DNA of 64,000 nucleotides. Origin: an uncultured Burkholderiales bacterium (lineage in GTDB: Bacteria; Actinomycetota; Acidimicrobiia; IMCC26256; JAMXLJ01). The notes below the pieces were generated by a model. It made no database searches and was not told the DNA's origin. It was given only the letters and a program-made list of their open reading frames with translations. The DNA is taken from assembly GCA_964548555.1 (NCBI GenBank), contig CAZJSY010000001.1:18905-82904 (forward strand), given 5' to 3'. The translations under genes and the position numbers were made by a program. Numbering within the stretch: position 1 is the stretch's first letter; each line of letters begins with the position of its first letter. This document shows, one piece after another, positions 1-8,704 of the stretch.

Positions 1-704
1 ACGCGGTGTGGGCGGCCGCGCAGGCCAACGGTGTGCACGTCTTCATCCACACGCAGACCGGTGGCGTCAAGGTGAACGACCCGGCGTCCACGACGCTCAA
101 GGTCGTCATGGAGTCGGCCGCACAGGTCAACGAACCGATGACCGAGAAGTCGGCCTCGAAGCGGATGATCACCCAGGCCATCTACAGCACGATCGTCCCG
201 CAGCAGGTGATCTGCGAGCTGATCGGCGGCGGTGTTCCCGAGCGCTACCCCGGCCTCCACTTCGCGCTGATCGAGTTCAACGCCCACTGGCTGGCCTCGT
301 TGGTGGGCAGCATGGACAAGTGCTGGGTGACCGGCATCGGACAGGACGCCGACTGGTGGCTCGGACACTGGGACGAGACCCGTCCTGCGAACGACCAACC
401 CAACATGGCGCAGCTGTTCCGCCTGAACGAGAAGTGGCCGTACCCACTGAAGCCGAGTGAGTACGTGAAGCGTCAGTTCCACGTGTCGTTCCAAGACGAT
501 CCGGTCGCCGTCGCGTGCCGGCACATCACCGGAGTGTCGAGCATCGTATGGGGCAACGACTATCCGCACGCCGAAGGAACGTTCCGCGGCAGCCGCGAGC
601 TGATCGAGCGGCTGTTCACCGGCGTTCCCGACGCAGAGCGGGCAGCCATGCTCGGGCGCACCCTCGGTGGGCTGCTCGGCTTCGGCGCCCCGGTGACGGC
701 CTGA
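1..704 (+). CDS. Amidohydrolase_2 family metal-dependent hydrolase (ACMSD-like), 5'-truncated by window edge
   Basis: ORF 6..704 runs to the window edge. C-terminal GNDYPHAEGTF motif is typical of amidohydrolase_2. Paralogous to 28362..29612 and 32129..33295. Confidence 0.8.
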   Translation, partial: AVWAAAQANGVHVFIHTQTGGVKVNDPASTTLKVVMESAAQVNEPMTEKSASKRMITQAIYSTIVPQQVICELIGGGVPERYPGLHFALIEFNAHWLASLVGSMDKCWVTGIGQDADWWLGHWDETRPANDQPNMAQLFRLNEKWPYPLKPSEYVKRQFHVSFQDDPVAVACRHITGVSSIVWGNDYPHAEGTFRGSRELIERLFTGVPDAERAAMLGRTLGGLLGFGAPVTA

Positions 705-732
705 GCTCGTGCCCGGGTACGACGCCTGACCG

Positions 733-1644
733 GTGACCAACTACAACTTCGAAGGGCGCGTCGCGGTCGTGACGGGCGCGGGCCGTGGTATCGGACGCGC
801 CTACGCAATGCTGCTCGCGAAACGGGGCGCGAGTGTCGTCGTCAACGACCTCGGCGGGTCGATGGAGGGCTCGGGCGCCGACGTCGAACCGGCGTCCGCG
901 GTCGCGGCCGAGATCGCCCGCGCCGGCGGAGTCGCGATCGCGGACACCAGCGACGTGGCCACGGCTGCAGGCGCCCAGGCCGCCGTCGATGCCGCGGTCG
1001 AGCACTTCGGCCGCCTCGACATCTTGATCAACAACGCCGGCATCATGCGATGGGCGCGCTTCCCGGACGTCGACGGGGACAGCCTCGCCGCGCATCTTGC
1101 GGTACACGTGGTCGGCTCGTTCAACACGGCGCGTGCCGCATGGCCACACATGGTCGAACAGCGTTATGGCCGCATCGTCATGACGACGTCGACCGGGATG
1201 TTGGGATTGCCCGGCAACACCCCGTATGCCGCCGCGAAGGGCGCGGTCATCGGTCTCACGCGCACCCTCGCGACCGAAGGAAGATCCCACGGCATCAAGG
1301 TCAACCTCATTGCACCCGCCGCGACGACACGGATGGCAGGTTCGGGCTCCGGGTCGCCGGAGATGTCGCCGGACCTCGTCGCACCGATGGCCGCGTTCCT
1401 CTCACACGAGGCATGTCCTGTGAGCGGCGAGATCTACGCGGCGGGCGCCGGTCGCTTCGCGCGCATCTTCATCGCGTCCACCGAGGGTTACGTGTCGGGA
1501 TCCGAGCCAACCGTGGAAGACGTCGCCGAGAATTGGGCGACGATCAACGACGAGAGCGGTTACTACGTCCCGACCGGCCTCACCGATTGGTCAGCCAGGT
1601 TCATAGCACACCTGCTCCCGAACCGTTCAGATCCGGCGACCTGA
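733..1644 (+). CDS. Short-chain dehydrogenase/reductase (SDR)
   Basis: GTG start. VAVVTGAGRGIGRAYA (TGxxxGxG), NNAG and YAAAKGA (YxxxK) motifs. Confidence 0.9.
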   Translation: MTNYNFEGRVAVVTGAGRGIGRAYAMLLAKRGASVVVNDLGGSMEGSGADVEPASAVAAEIARAGGVAIADTSDVATAAGAQAAVDAAVEHFGRLDILINNAGIMRWARFPDVDGDSLAAHLAVHVVGSFNTARAAWPHMVEQRYGRIVMTTSTGMLGLPGNTPYAAAKGAVIGLTRTLATEGRSHGIKVNLIAPAATTRMAGSGSGSPEMSPDLVAPMAAFLSHEACPVSGEIYAAGAGRFARIFIASTEGYVSGSEPTVEDVAENWATINDESGYYVPTGLTDWSARFIAHLLPNRSDPAT

Positions 1645-1657
1645 CACGCAGTCGCGG

Positions 1658-2425
1658 CTATTCGTCGAGCAGATCCGGCTGCTGGGCGACGATCCAGTCG
1701 TAGAGCGGTTGGAACTGACGCCAACCCGAGGTGTGCCCACCGACCTGGCGTGCGGTCTTCTCGGCCTGGTCCCGAGCGATGAGCACCGGCGCGCCTGCGG
1801 CTTCGGCGAGAAGCTGGGCCTGACACGTCCGGTCCATCGTGACGAACCACCACGCGGCTTCGTCGACGGAGTGACCGACGGTGAGCAACCCGTGGTTCGC
1901 CAGGATCGCCGCCTTGTGCGAACGCAGCGCGTGAGCGATGCGCTTGCCCTCTTCGAGGTCGAGCACGACCCCCGTGTAGTCGTCGAAAACGACATGGTCG
2001 CCATAGAAGGCGCACGCATCCTGGGTGAGCGGATCGAGCGCGCGACGCAACGACGACCACGCCTTGCCGTGCACCGAGTGAGCGTGCGCGGCGGCGACGA
2101 CGTCGGGGCGCGCGGCATGGATCTGCGAGTGGATCGCGAACGCCGCGGTGTTCAAGGGCCAGCTGCCTTCGACGACATCGCCCCGGTCGTTCACGAGCAT
2201 GAGGTCCTTCACGCGGATCTGCTTGAAGTTCATGCCCAGCGGGTTGACCCAGAAGTGGTCGAGCAGCTCGGGGTCCCGGGCGGTGATGTGCCCGGCCGCG
2301 CCCTCGTCGAAGCCGAAGTGACCGAACAGGCGGAAGGCCGCAGCGAGGCGTTGCTTGCGGTGCCGGCGCTCCTCTTCCGCACCGGAGAACTTCGGAAGCG
2401 CGTGCGGGGCGCGGTCGGACGCCAT
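1658..2425 (-). CDS. Class II aldolase/adducin-domain protein
   Basis: 255-aa ORF with a HAHSVHG-type His cluster and adducin-head-like N-terminus. Paralogue at 27595..28347. Confidence 0.8.
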   Translation of the reverse strand: MASDRAPHALPKFSGAEEERRHRKQRLAAAFRLFGHFGFDEGAAGHITARDPELLDHFWVNPLGMNFKQIRVKDLMLVNDRGDVVEGSWPLNTAAFAIHSQIHAARPDVVAAAHAHSVHGKAWSSLRRALDPLTQDACAFYGDHVVFDDYTGVVLDLEEGKRIAHALRSHKAAILANHGLLTVGHSVDEAAWWFVTMDRTCQAQLLAEAAGAPVLIARDQAEKTARQVGGHTSGWRQFQPLYDWIVAQQPDLLDE

Positions 2426-2445
2426 GCCGGCGATTGTACGGCCCG

Positions 2446-2463
2446 TTGTACCGGTCGGTCCAA
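2446..2463. promoter_or_regulatory. Operator-like pseudo-palindrome TTGTACCGGTCGGTCCAA (site a), with an extra TTGTAC at 2434-2439
   Basis: Between the divergent aldolase (start 2425) and ACAD (start 2476). Shares the ACnGGTCGGTaCAA core with sites at 6385 and 8649. Confidence 0.6.
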
Positions 2464-2475
2464 TATGATCGGCCG

Positions 2476-3624
2476 ATGGATTTCTCGCTCAGCGAATCGG
2501 AACGGGAGCTCACCGAGCTCTGCCGCGACTTCGCACAGAAGGAGATCGCGCCCCGCGCGCCGCTCGCGTGGGAGGAGGCGCGCTGTCCGACCGATCTCCT
2601 CCGTGAGATGGGCGAGCTCGGTCTGCTCGGAGTCCTGATCCCGCAGGAGTGGGGCGGCATCGGCATGTCGACGATCGGCTTCGTCGCCGCGATGGAGCAG
2701 ATCGGGCTGGCCGACCAGTCCGTGGCCGCGGCATGGCAAGCCCACGTCACGATCGGGTCGTTGCCGCTGTATCTGTTCGGCACCGACGCGCAGCGTGAGC
2801 GTTGGCTGCGGCCACTCGCCGAGGGACGCGCGCTCGGTGCGTTCGGTCTCACCGAGCCGGATGCCGGTTCCGACGCGCGCGGCATCCGCACCCGAGGGGA
2901 GCGGCGTGACGGTGGTTGGCTGATCAACGGGCGCAAGACCTTCATCTCCAACGCGGGAACCGACATGTCATTCGGGGTCACGCTGCTTGCTCGCACCGAC
3001 TCGGCGGGGGGCGAGGCGCCGCGGTTCGCGAGCTTCGTCGTCGAGAAGGACACCGACGGTTTCACCATGGGTCCGAAGATGCGCGGCATCGGGTGGCGGG
3101 GTCTTGACACCCGCGAGCTGTACTTCGACGACGTCTGGGTTCCCGACGAGCAACTGGTCGGCGATCCCGATCTCGGACTCAGCCAGTTCCTGCGCGCGCT
3201 GGAGGTCGGGCGCATCTCGATCGCGGCGTTGTCGCTCAGCTTGACGCAAGCGGTGCTCGACTTGGCGACCGACTACGCGCGCCAGCGTGTGCAATTCGGC
3301 CAACCGATCTCGAAATTCCAAGCCGTGCAGTTCAAACTCGCCGACATTGCCACCGAGCTCGAGGCGGCGCGCTGGCTCACGTACCGCGCCGCGTACCTGC
3401 GGGACACCGGTCAGCCGTTCCAGAAGGAAGCGGCAATGGCGAAGCTGAAGGCGAGCCGGCTCGCGACATGGGCGGCGTCGGAGGCCGTGCAGATCCACGG
3501 CGGCCTCGGCTACATGCTCGACACCCCGGTCGCTCGTTTCTATTGCGACTCGAAGGTGCTCGAGATCGGTGAAGGTACCAACGAGATCCAGCACCTGGTG
3601 ATCGCGCGGGCCCTCGGCTGTTGA
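2476..3624 (+). CDS. Acyl-CoA dehydrogenase
   Basis: Start taken at MDFSLSESERELTELCRDFAQKEIAP, a typical ACAD N-terminus. C-terminal QIHGGLGY..EIGEGTNEIQ motif. TATGAT lies 6 nt upstream of the ATG, which suggests a leaderless mRNA. Confidence 0.9.
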   Translation: MDFSLSESERELTELCRDFAQKEIAPRAPLAWEEARCPTDLLREMGELGLLGVLIPQEWGGIGMSTIGFVAAMEQIGLADQSVAAAWQAHVTIGSLPLYLFGTDAQRERWLRPLAEGRALGAFGLTEPDAGSDARGIRTRGERRDGGWLINGRKTFISNAGTDMSFGVTLLARTDSAGGEAPRFASFVVEKDTDGFTMGPKMRGIGWRGLDTRELYFDDVWVPDEQLVGDPDLGLSQFLRALEVGRISIAALSLSLTQAVLDLATDYARQRVQFGQPISKFQAVQFKLADIATELEAARWLTYRAAYLRDTGQPFQKEAAMAKLKASRLATWAASEAVQIHGGLGYMLDTPVARFYCDSKVLEIGEGTNEIQHLVIARALGC

Positions 3625-3625
3625 G

Positions 3626-4210
3626 TTACGAGAACTCTCGGAGGCGGCGTCGACGCGCGGGCGTGAGCTCGCCGACCTCGTAGAGACCGCGGCGCACGCG
3701 GCGCGCGTAGCCGCGGTCGTGCTCGTAACCGAGCGCGTCGGCGAGCGTCTTGACCGGTGTGCGGCCTGCGATCGCGTAGCCGCCGACATGCAGCGCGCGG
3801 TGGATCTCGGGCAGCGTGAGCGGCTTTCGAGCCCGCACGAGCGTCGCGATGGCAGCGTGGCGAAGCGCTCGACCGCGGAGTTGGAGCGCCGGTGGTGCCG
3901 GCCGTCCGACGGGCGCCGGACCGCCGATACGGGGGCGACGGAATCCTCGCCATCCGCGCCCGTTGGATGCGGGCCAGAGAGTTTCGCGGAGACGAGCCAG
4001 TTCCGAGCGGATCGTCGCCATCCGTTGTCCCATGACCTGGAAGGCGGCATCGATCTCGCGGGCTTCCTCGATGAGCGCGGCACGGATTTGTTGGAGTTGC
4101 TCACGTCGTGACGGACGCAGCCTGAACGGACGCACGAGTCCTCCCCGTGATGACGGAACCGCGTCGGTGCGCGGAATCGGCGACGGGGGAAGCGACACCG
4201 GGGCGAGCAA
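3626..4210 (-). CDS. Hypothetical Arg-rich protein with possible C-terminal winged-helix segment
   Basis: 194-aa ORF with a coiled-coil-like middle (IRAALIEEAREIDAAFQVMGQRMATIRSELARLRE) and C-terminal LTLPEIHRAL..VKTLADALGY. Start uncertain and no family recognised. Confidence 0.4.
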   Translation of the reverse strand: MLAPVSLPPSPIPRTDAVPSSRGGLVRPFRLRPSRREQLQQIRAALIEEAREIDAAFQVMGQRMATIRSELARLRETLWPASNGRGWRGFRRPRIGGPAPVGRPAPPALQLRGRALRHAAIATLVRARKPLTLPEIHRALHVGGYAIAGRTPVKTLADALGYEHDRGYARRVRRGLYEVGELTPARRRRLREFS

Positions 4211-4381
4211 GGAGGCAGGCTCCGGCAGCGGTCTGAAACTACCGCCCCGCAGTGACAGTCATCTCGTACCTGTCGCGCCGAATCGATGGGCGGTTAGGCG
4301 CGACGGGTGCTAAGAGCGGGGGGGATATGGGCCGCGGGTGTTCGAGATCGGACAAGGTCGCCGCGCGACGCGCACCCCCCG

Positions 4382-6373
4382 CTAGACCGCCGCGAGGCGA
4401 CGGATCGCGGCGGCGATGTCCTGGCGGTCGGGGAGCCACGCGTGTTCGAGCTCGGGCGCGTAGGGAGGTGGCGTCGCGGCTGCGCCGACCCGTTCGATCG
4501 GCGCGTCGAGATCCCAGAACGCCTCGCGCGCGACCGTGGCCGCGATCTCCGCGCCGATGCCGAACGGAACGACGGCCTCGTGCGCGATCAACAGCCGGCT
4601 GGTCTTCCGGACCGAGTCCAGAATTGGAGCCATGTCGAGCGGAGCGACGGTCCGCAGGTCGATCACCTCGGCCGAGATGCCGTCGCCGGCCACGCGCTCG
4701 GCCGCGGCGATTGCCTCGTGGACCATCCGCGAGACCGACACCACGGTGACGTCGGACCCGCGACGCACGACCGCGGACTCGCCGATCGGCACGACGTAGT
4801 CGGTGGGCGGCTGAGGTCCCTTCATTCCGTAGAGCAGCCGGTTCTCGACGAAGACGACGGGGTTCGGGTCGCGGATCGCCGCCCGCAGCAGGCCGTAGGT
4901 GTCAGCAGGTGTCGAGGGCATCACGACGCTCAGGCCGGGTATGTGCGCGAGCAGCACCTCGAGGCTCTGCGAGTGCTGGCTCCCCGACGAGCGGCCCCCA
5001 CCGAACTGCGTTCGCACGGTCAGCGCCATCTCCGCGGCACCACCCGTCATGAACGGCAACTTCGCCGCCTGGTTGAGCAGCTGGTCGAAACAGACGCCGA
5101 GGAAGTCGAGATACATCAGCTCGACGACCGGGCGCATCCCCGCCATCGCCGCGCCGACGGCGAGACCCATGATCGCGGTCTCCGAGATCGGTGTGTCGCG
5201 GACGCGATCACCGAACAGATCCCGCAGCCCCCGCGTCAGTCCGAACACGTTTCCGCCTTCACCGACATCGATGCCCGCAACGAACACCCGCTCGTCGCCT
5301 GCCAGTTCCGCTTCGAGCGCGGTGCGGACCGCGTCCATGGTCCGGAACACCGGTGCGTCGTCACTCGGCGGCGGTTGTGTGGCGAGCGCCGGTCTCGTAC
5401 GGACGACGAAGTCGGTCAACGTCGCGGCTGCCGGGGCGGGTAGCCGTCGCGCGCCCTCCACTGCGTCGTCGAGCTCGTCGGCAACGGCCGACTCGAGTGC
5501 CTTGATCTCGTCGCCGTCGACGCCGGCGTTTCGGAGTCGACGTTCGTGCACGAGGATCGGGTCGCGCGCCTCCCACTCCCGTACTTCTTCGGGTGACCGG
5601 TAACGCTGTGGATCGCCTTCGTAGTGACCGTGCCAACGGTACGTCGCGGCCTCCACGACCGCGGGCCCGCGTCCGGCGCGCACGCCGGCGACGACGTCGC
5701 CCATGGCCGCTGCCGTTGCGGCGACGTCGTTGCCGTCGACTGCGATGTAGTCGATGCCGTAGCCCGCGGCCCGCTTCGCGAGCGACGCCCCATGCTGTGC
5801 CGACGACGGGGAGAACTCCGCGTAGCCGTTGTTCTCGCAGAAGAAGATCACCGGCAGCTGCCAAACTGCGGCGAGGTTCAGCGCTTCGTGGAACGCGCCC
5901 TGCGCAGGCGCGCCGTCGCCGAAGAACGCGACCGCGACGCTGCCGTCGGCGCGCAGCTGTGCGGCCGTCGCCGCTCCCGCCGCGATGGGCAGACCAGCGG
6001 CCACGATCCCGTTCGCGCCGAAGATCCCCAGCTTCGGATCGGCGATGTGCATCGATCCGCCACGCCCGCGGTTGGTGCCCTGGTCCTTGCCCATCAGCTC
6101 GGCGAACATCCCCAGCGGGTCCAGGCCCTTCGCCAGGCAGTGGCCGTGGCCGCGGTGCGTCGAGGTGATGACGTCCGTGGGCCGAAGCGGCCAGCACGCG
6201 CCTACGGCGGCCGCCTCCTGCCCGATCGACAGGTGCACGAAGCCCGGGACCTCGCCGTCGCGGTAGGAAGCGGCCACCCGCTGCTCGAAGCCCCTGATCA
6301 GCAGCATCCTCCGCTGCATCTCCACGAGCTCCGCCTCGGAGAACGCGGGTGTCGAGGGACGGTCGCCGGTCAC
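4382..6373 (-). CDS. TPP-dependent 2-oxoacid dehydrogenase E1 component, fused alpha/beta subunits
   Basis: The N-terminal half is E1-alpha-like (GFVHLSIGQEA, GGSMH, FFGDGA..NNGYA). The C-terminal half is E1-beta-like (DTPISETAIMG). Start is uncertain among GTG 6373, ATG 6415 and 6487. I chose 6373 because the operator-like motif at 6385-6402 would otherwise be coding. Confidence 0.85.
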   Translation of the reverse strand: MTGDRPSTPAFSEAELVEMQRRMLLIRGFEQRVAASYRDGEVPGFVHLSIGQEAAAVGACWPLRPTDVITSTHRGHGHCLAKGLDPLGMFAELMGKDQGTNRGRGGSMHIADPKLGIFGANGIVAAGLPIAAGAATAAQLRADGSVAVAFFGDGAPAQGAFHEALNLAAVWQLPVIFFCENNGYAEFSPSSAQHGASLAKRAAGYGIDYIAVDGNDVAATAAAMGDVVAGVRAGRGPAVVEAATYRWHGHYEGDPQRYRSPEEVREWEARDPILVHERRLRNAGVDGDEIKALESAVADELDDAVEGARRLPAPAAATLTDFVVRTRPALATQPPPSDDAPVFRTMDAVRTALEAELAGDERVFVAGIDVGEGGNVFGLTRGLRDLFGDRVRDTPISETAIMGLAVGAAMAGMRPVVELMYLDFLGVCFDQLLNQAAKLPFMTGGAAEMALTVRTQFGGGRSSGSQHSQSLEVLLAHIPGLSVVMPSTPADTYGLLRAAIRDPNPVVFVENRLLYGMKGPQPPTDYVVPIGESAVVRRGSDVTVVSVSRMVHEAIAAAERVAGDGISAEVIDLRTVAPLDMAPILDSVRKTSRLLIAHEAVVPFGIGAEIAATVAREAFWDLDAPIERVGAAATPPPYAPELEHAWLPDRQDIAAAIRRLAAV

Positions 6374-6384
6374 GGAGGATGTAT

Positions 6385-6402
6385 TGTACTGGTCGGTACA
6401 AA
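6385..6402. promoter_or_regulatory. Operator-like palindrome TTGTACTGGTCGGTACAA (site b)
   Basis: Perfect TTGTAC/GTACAA arms with a 6-nt spacer, between the divergent E1 and SDR genes. The minus-strand TACAAT -10 candidate overlaps the right arm. Confidence 0.6.
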
Positions 6403-6413
6403 GAGGGAAAGCC

Positions 6414-7193
6414 ATGGCCGATCCGATCGAGATCCCCGAGTCGTTCCCCGTGCCCGGTGCGGTCGCGGGGAAGCGCGTGGTGATCACCGGCGCCAGCCGC
6501 GGGCTCGGAACGTTGCTCGCGCACGCGTTCTCTCACGCCGGCGCGTCCGTTGCACTCGTGGCCCGAACGGAGAAGGACCTCAAGGCGGTGGCCGAAGTGC
6601 TTCCCGGGCGTTCCCTGGTCCTCAGCGGTGACGTGACCGACGAGGACTTCAACGAGGCCGTCGCGGACGCGACGGTCACCGAATGGGGCGGTGTCGACGT
6701 GTGGATCTGCAACGCGGGGATCTCGCCGATTCTGGCGGGGCCTCGCGAGACCGGCCCGTCGGTCTGGCGGAAGGTCCTCGAGGTGAACCTCACGGGCGCG
6801 TTCCTCGGGGCCCGCGCCGCCGCGCGCGTGATGCGCGAGAGGGGACGAGTGATCTTCACCGGATCGGTCCTCGGGGAGCGGCCCCGGGAAGGTCTGAGCG
6901 CGTACAGCGCCTCGAAGGCGGGTTTGGTGGGACTGGCCAAGGGGCTCGCGTTGGATCTGGCCCCGGCCGGTATCACCGTCAACGTGGTCGCCCCGGGGTG
7001 GTTCGATTCACCGCTGGCGGACGGGTGGAAGAACACACCGGAGCTCGCGACCACGATCACGGGGCACACCGCGCAACGACGTTGGGGAGCACCGACCGAC
7101 CTGGCCGGTGCGTATCAGTTCCTGGCGTCCGACGCGTCCGCGTTCATCACCGGCACCGTGCTGACCGTCGACGGCGGGTACTTACTCGTATGA
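6414..7193 (+). CDS. SDR family oxidoreductase
   Basis: ATG preceded by GAGGGA with a 5-nt spacer. VVITGASRGLG, NAG and YSASKAG motifs. Confidence 0.9.
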   Translation: MADPIEIPESFPVPGAVAGKRVVITGASRGLGTLLAHAFSHAGASVALVARTEKDLKAVAEVLPGRSLVLSGDVTDEDFNEAVADATVTEWGGVDVWICNAGISPILAGPRETGPSVWRKVLEVNLTGAFLGARAAARVMRERGRVIFTGSVLGERPREGLSAYSASKAGLVGLAKGLALDLAPAGITVNVVAPGWFDSPLADGWKNTPELATTITGHTAQRRWGAPTDLAGAYQFLASDASAFITGTVLTVDGGYLLV

Positions 7194-7960
7194 GTCACGG
7201 TCGCGTGCGTGAGGGTGTCGAGGCGGGACGGGTCATCGCCATCAACGGTGCGGGGGGAAGCCTCGGTGCCGCGTTGTCGCACCAGTTCGCCGGCGAACCG
7301 GACACCGATCTCGTGTTGAGCGACGTCAGTCCGTCGTCGCTCGACGCGACCCTCGCCGGTCTGCCGGAGACGCGTGGCGCGGTCGAATCGATCCTCGCCG
7401 ATGTGAGCGACTTCGCCCAGGTCGAATCGGTGATCAAGCTGGCACTCGAACGCTTCGGCCGTCTCGACGTGTTGATCAGCAATGCCGGGGTGCTCTCGCC
7501 GAACGGTCGCATCCACAATCTCGCCACCGAGGACTGGGAGCGCGCCTTTCGCGTCAACATTCTCGGCGCTGTCAACGGGATCCGCGCCGCGGTCCCCGTC
7601 ATGCGGGAACAACAGTCGGGCGCGATCGTCTTGACCGCCTCGGTCGCCGGGCTGACGGCGTGGTCGCACGCCGCGCCGTATTGTGCGACCAAGGCGGCGG
7701 TGATCCAGCTCGCGAAGGTCGCAGCGGTCGAGTACGCGCGCGAGGGCATACGTGTCAACTGTGTGTGTCCCGGCACGTTCCTCTCGGCGATCCACGCGGA
7801 GCTCCCGCAGGACGCGATCGACGCGGTGGCGCGCAAGCACCCGCTCGGGCTCGGGTCCGCGGTCGACCTCGTCGGTGTCTACTCGTATCTCGCGAGTGAC
7901 GCGTCGCGTTGGACGACGGGTTCGGCGATCGTCGTCGACGGCGGTTACTCGGCACCCTGA
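7190..7960 (+). CDS. SDR family oxidoreductase
   Basis: ATGA overlap with the upstream SDR stop. INGAGGSLG, NAG and YCATKAA motifs. Confidence 0.85.
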   Translation: MSHGRVREGVEAGRVIAINGAGGSLGAALSHQFAGEPDTDLVLSDVSPSSLDATLAGLPETRGAVESILADVSDFAQVESVIKLALERFGRLDVLISNAGVLSPNGRIHNLATEDWERAFRVNILGAVNGIRAAVPVMREQQSGAIVLTASVAGLTAWSHAAPYCATKAAVIQLAKVAAVEYAREGIRVNCVCPGTFLSAIHAELPQDAIDAVARKHPLGLGSAVDLVGVYSYLASDASRWTTGSAIVVDGGYSAP

Positions 7961-8601
7961 GGCCGGCGCCTCCGCTTCCTCTGCCGGTTCGGGTTCTCGA
8001 TCCCTTGCATAAAGATCTCGGCGAACGGCTTCGCGACGTCGCGAGCCGACAGTCGTCCACCCGGCCTGAGCCAGAGGTACGTGTAGTTGTGCATGCCCAG
8101 CCAGGCCATGGCGGTGAGCCTCGGGTCGACGTCGCGGAACTCCGCAGAGTCGACGCCGGCCTGAAGGACCGCCTCGACCCGCCGCTCGTAGTCGCGGCGC
8201 CGGCCGCGAAATTGCTCGGCCCGTTCACCGGTGAGTGCCGGGAACTCGTGCAGGAAGACCCACACGTGATCGGGATAGCGGTGGATCACGTCGAGCAGTT
8301 CGTCACCGAGCATCGCGAGCTGCTGCGACGGCGAGCCGCCCGCCTCGGCGACACGATCGGCGCCGAGCATCACCTCGTCCATCACCCGATCGTGGATGGC
8401 GGCGAGGAGCTCCTCCTTGGAGCCGATGTAGTGGTAGAAGGCGCCCTTGCCGAGATCGTTCGCCGCGCAGAGGTCGTTGATCCCCGTGGCGTGATAGCCG
8501 CGCCGTGCGAAGACGCGCGCCGACGTGTCGATGATCGCTTGGCGACGCGCCTGCCACTTCGGGCTCCGCCGAGAATCGCCGGTGCTTTCGGTGCGCGCCA
8601 T
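7945..8601 (-). CDS. TetR/AcrR family transcriptional regulator
   Basis: Internal ATG at 8601 gives 218 aa. N-terminal HTH (RRGYHATGINDLCAANDLGKGAFYHYIGSKEEL). TAGCGT lies 7 nt upstream of the ATG on the minus strand. Confidence 0.85.
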   Translation of the reverse strand: MARTESTGDSRRSPKWQARRQAIIDTSARVFARRGYHATGINDLCAANDLGKGAFYHYIGSKEELLAAIHDRVMDEVMLGADRVAEAGGSPSQQLAMLGDELLDVIHRYPDHVWVFLHEFPALTGERAEQFRGRRRDYERRVEAVLQAGVDSAEFRDVDPRLTAMAWLGMHNYTYLWLRPGGRLSARDVAKPFAEIFMQGIENPNRQRKRRRRPQGAE

Positions 8602-8648
8602 CGCGGCGACGCTAGCGGGCGCCGGCAGGCCGATGCCGGCATCTATAG

Positions 8649-8666
8649 GCTGACTGGTCGGTACAA
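8649..8666. promoter_or_regulatory. Operator-like site GCTGACTGGTCGGTACAA (site c)
   Basis: 14/14 identity (ACTGGTCGGTACAA) with site b. Between the TetR gene (start 8601) and the acyl-CoA ligase gene (start 8705). Confidence 0.6.
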
Positions 8667-8704
8667 GACCGACTCTGTCACGGATTCCTCGAGAGGTCGT
8701 CGTC

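Noticed and set aside
1563-3215. 550-aa minus-strand ORF spanning the aldolase and acyl-CoA dehydrogenase loci. Similar long antisense or off-frame ORFs occur at 2968-4104, 5361-6536, 7909-9675 and 8678-10132.
   Set aside because: The translations are dominated by Arg/Pro/Ser/Ala runs with no recognisable motifs. They overlap genes that have clear family signatures. Open shadow frames like these are expected in very GC-rich DNA.
6997-7012. GGTGGTTCGATTCACC, which resembles a tRNA T-arm.
   Set aside because: It lies inside the SDR coding frame (APGWFDSPL). There is no flanking acceptor, D-arm or anticodon-arm complementarity.
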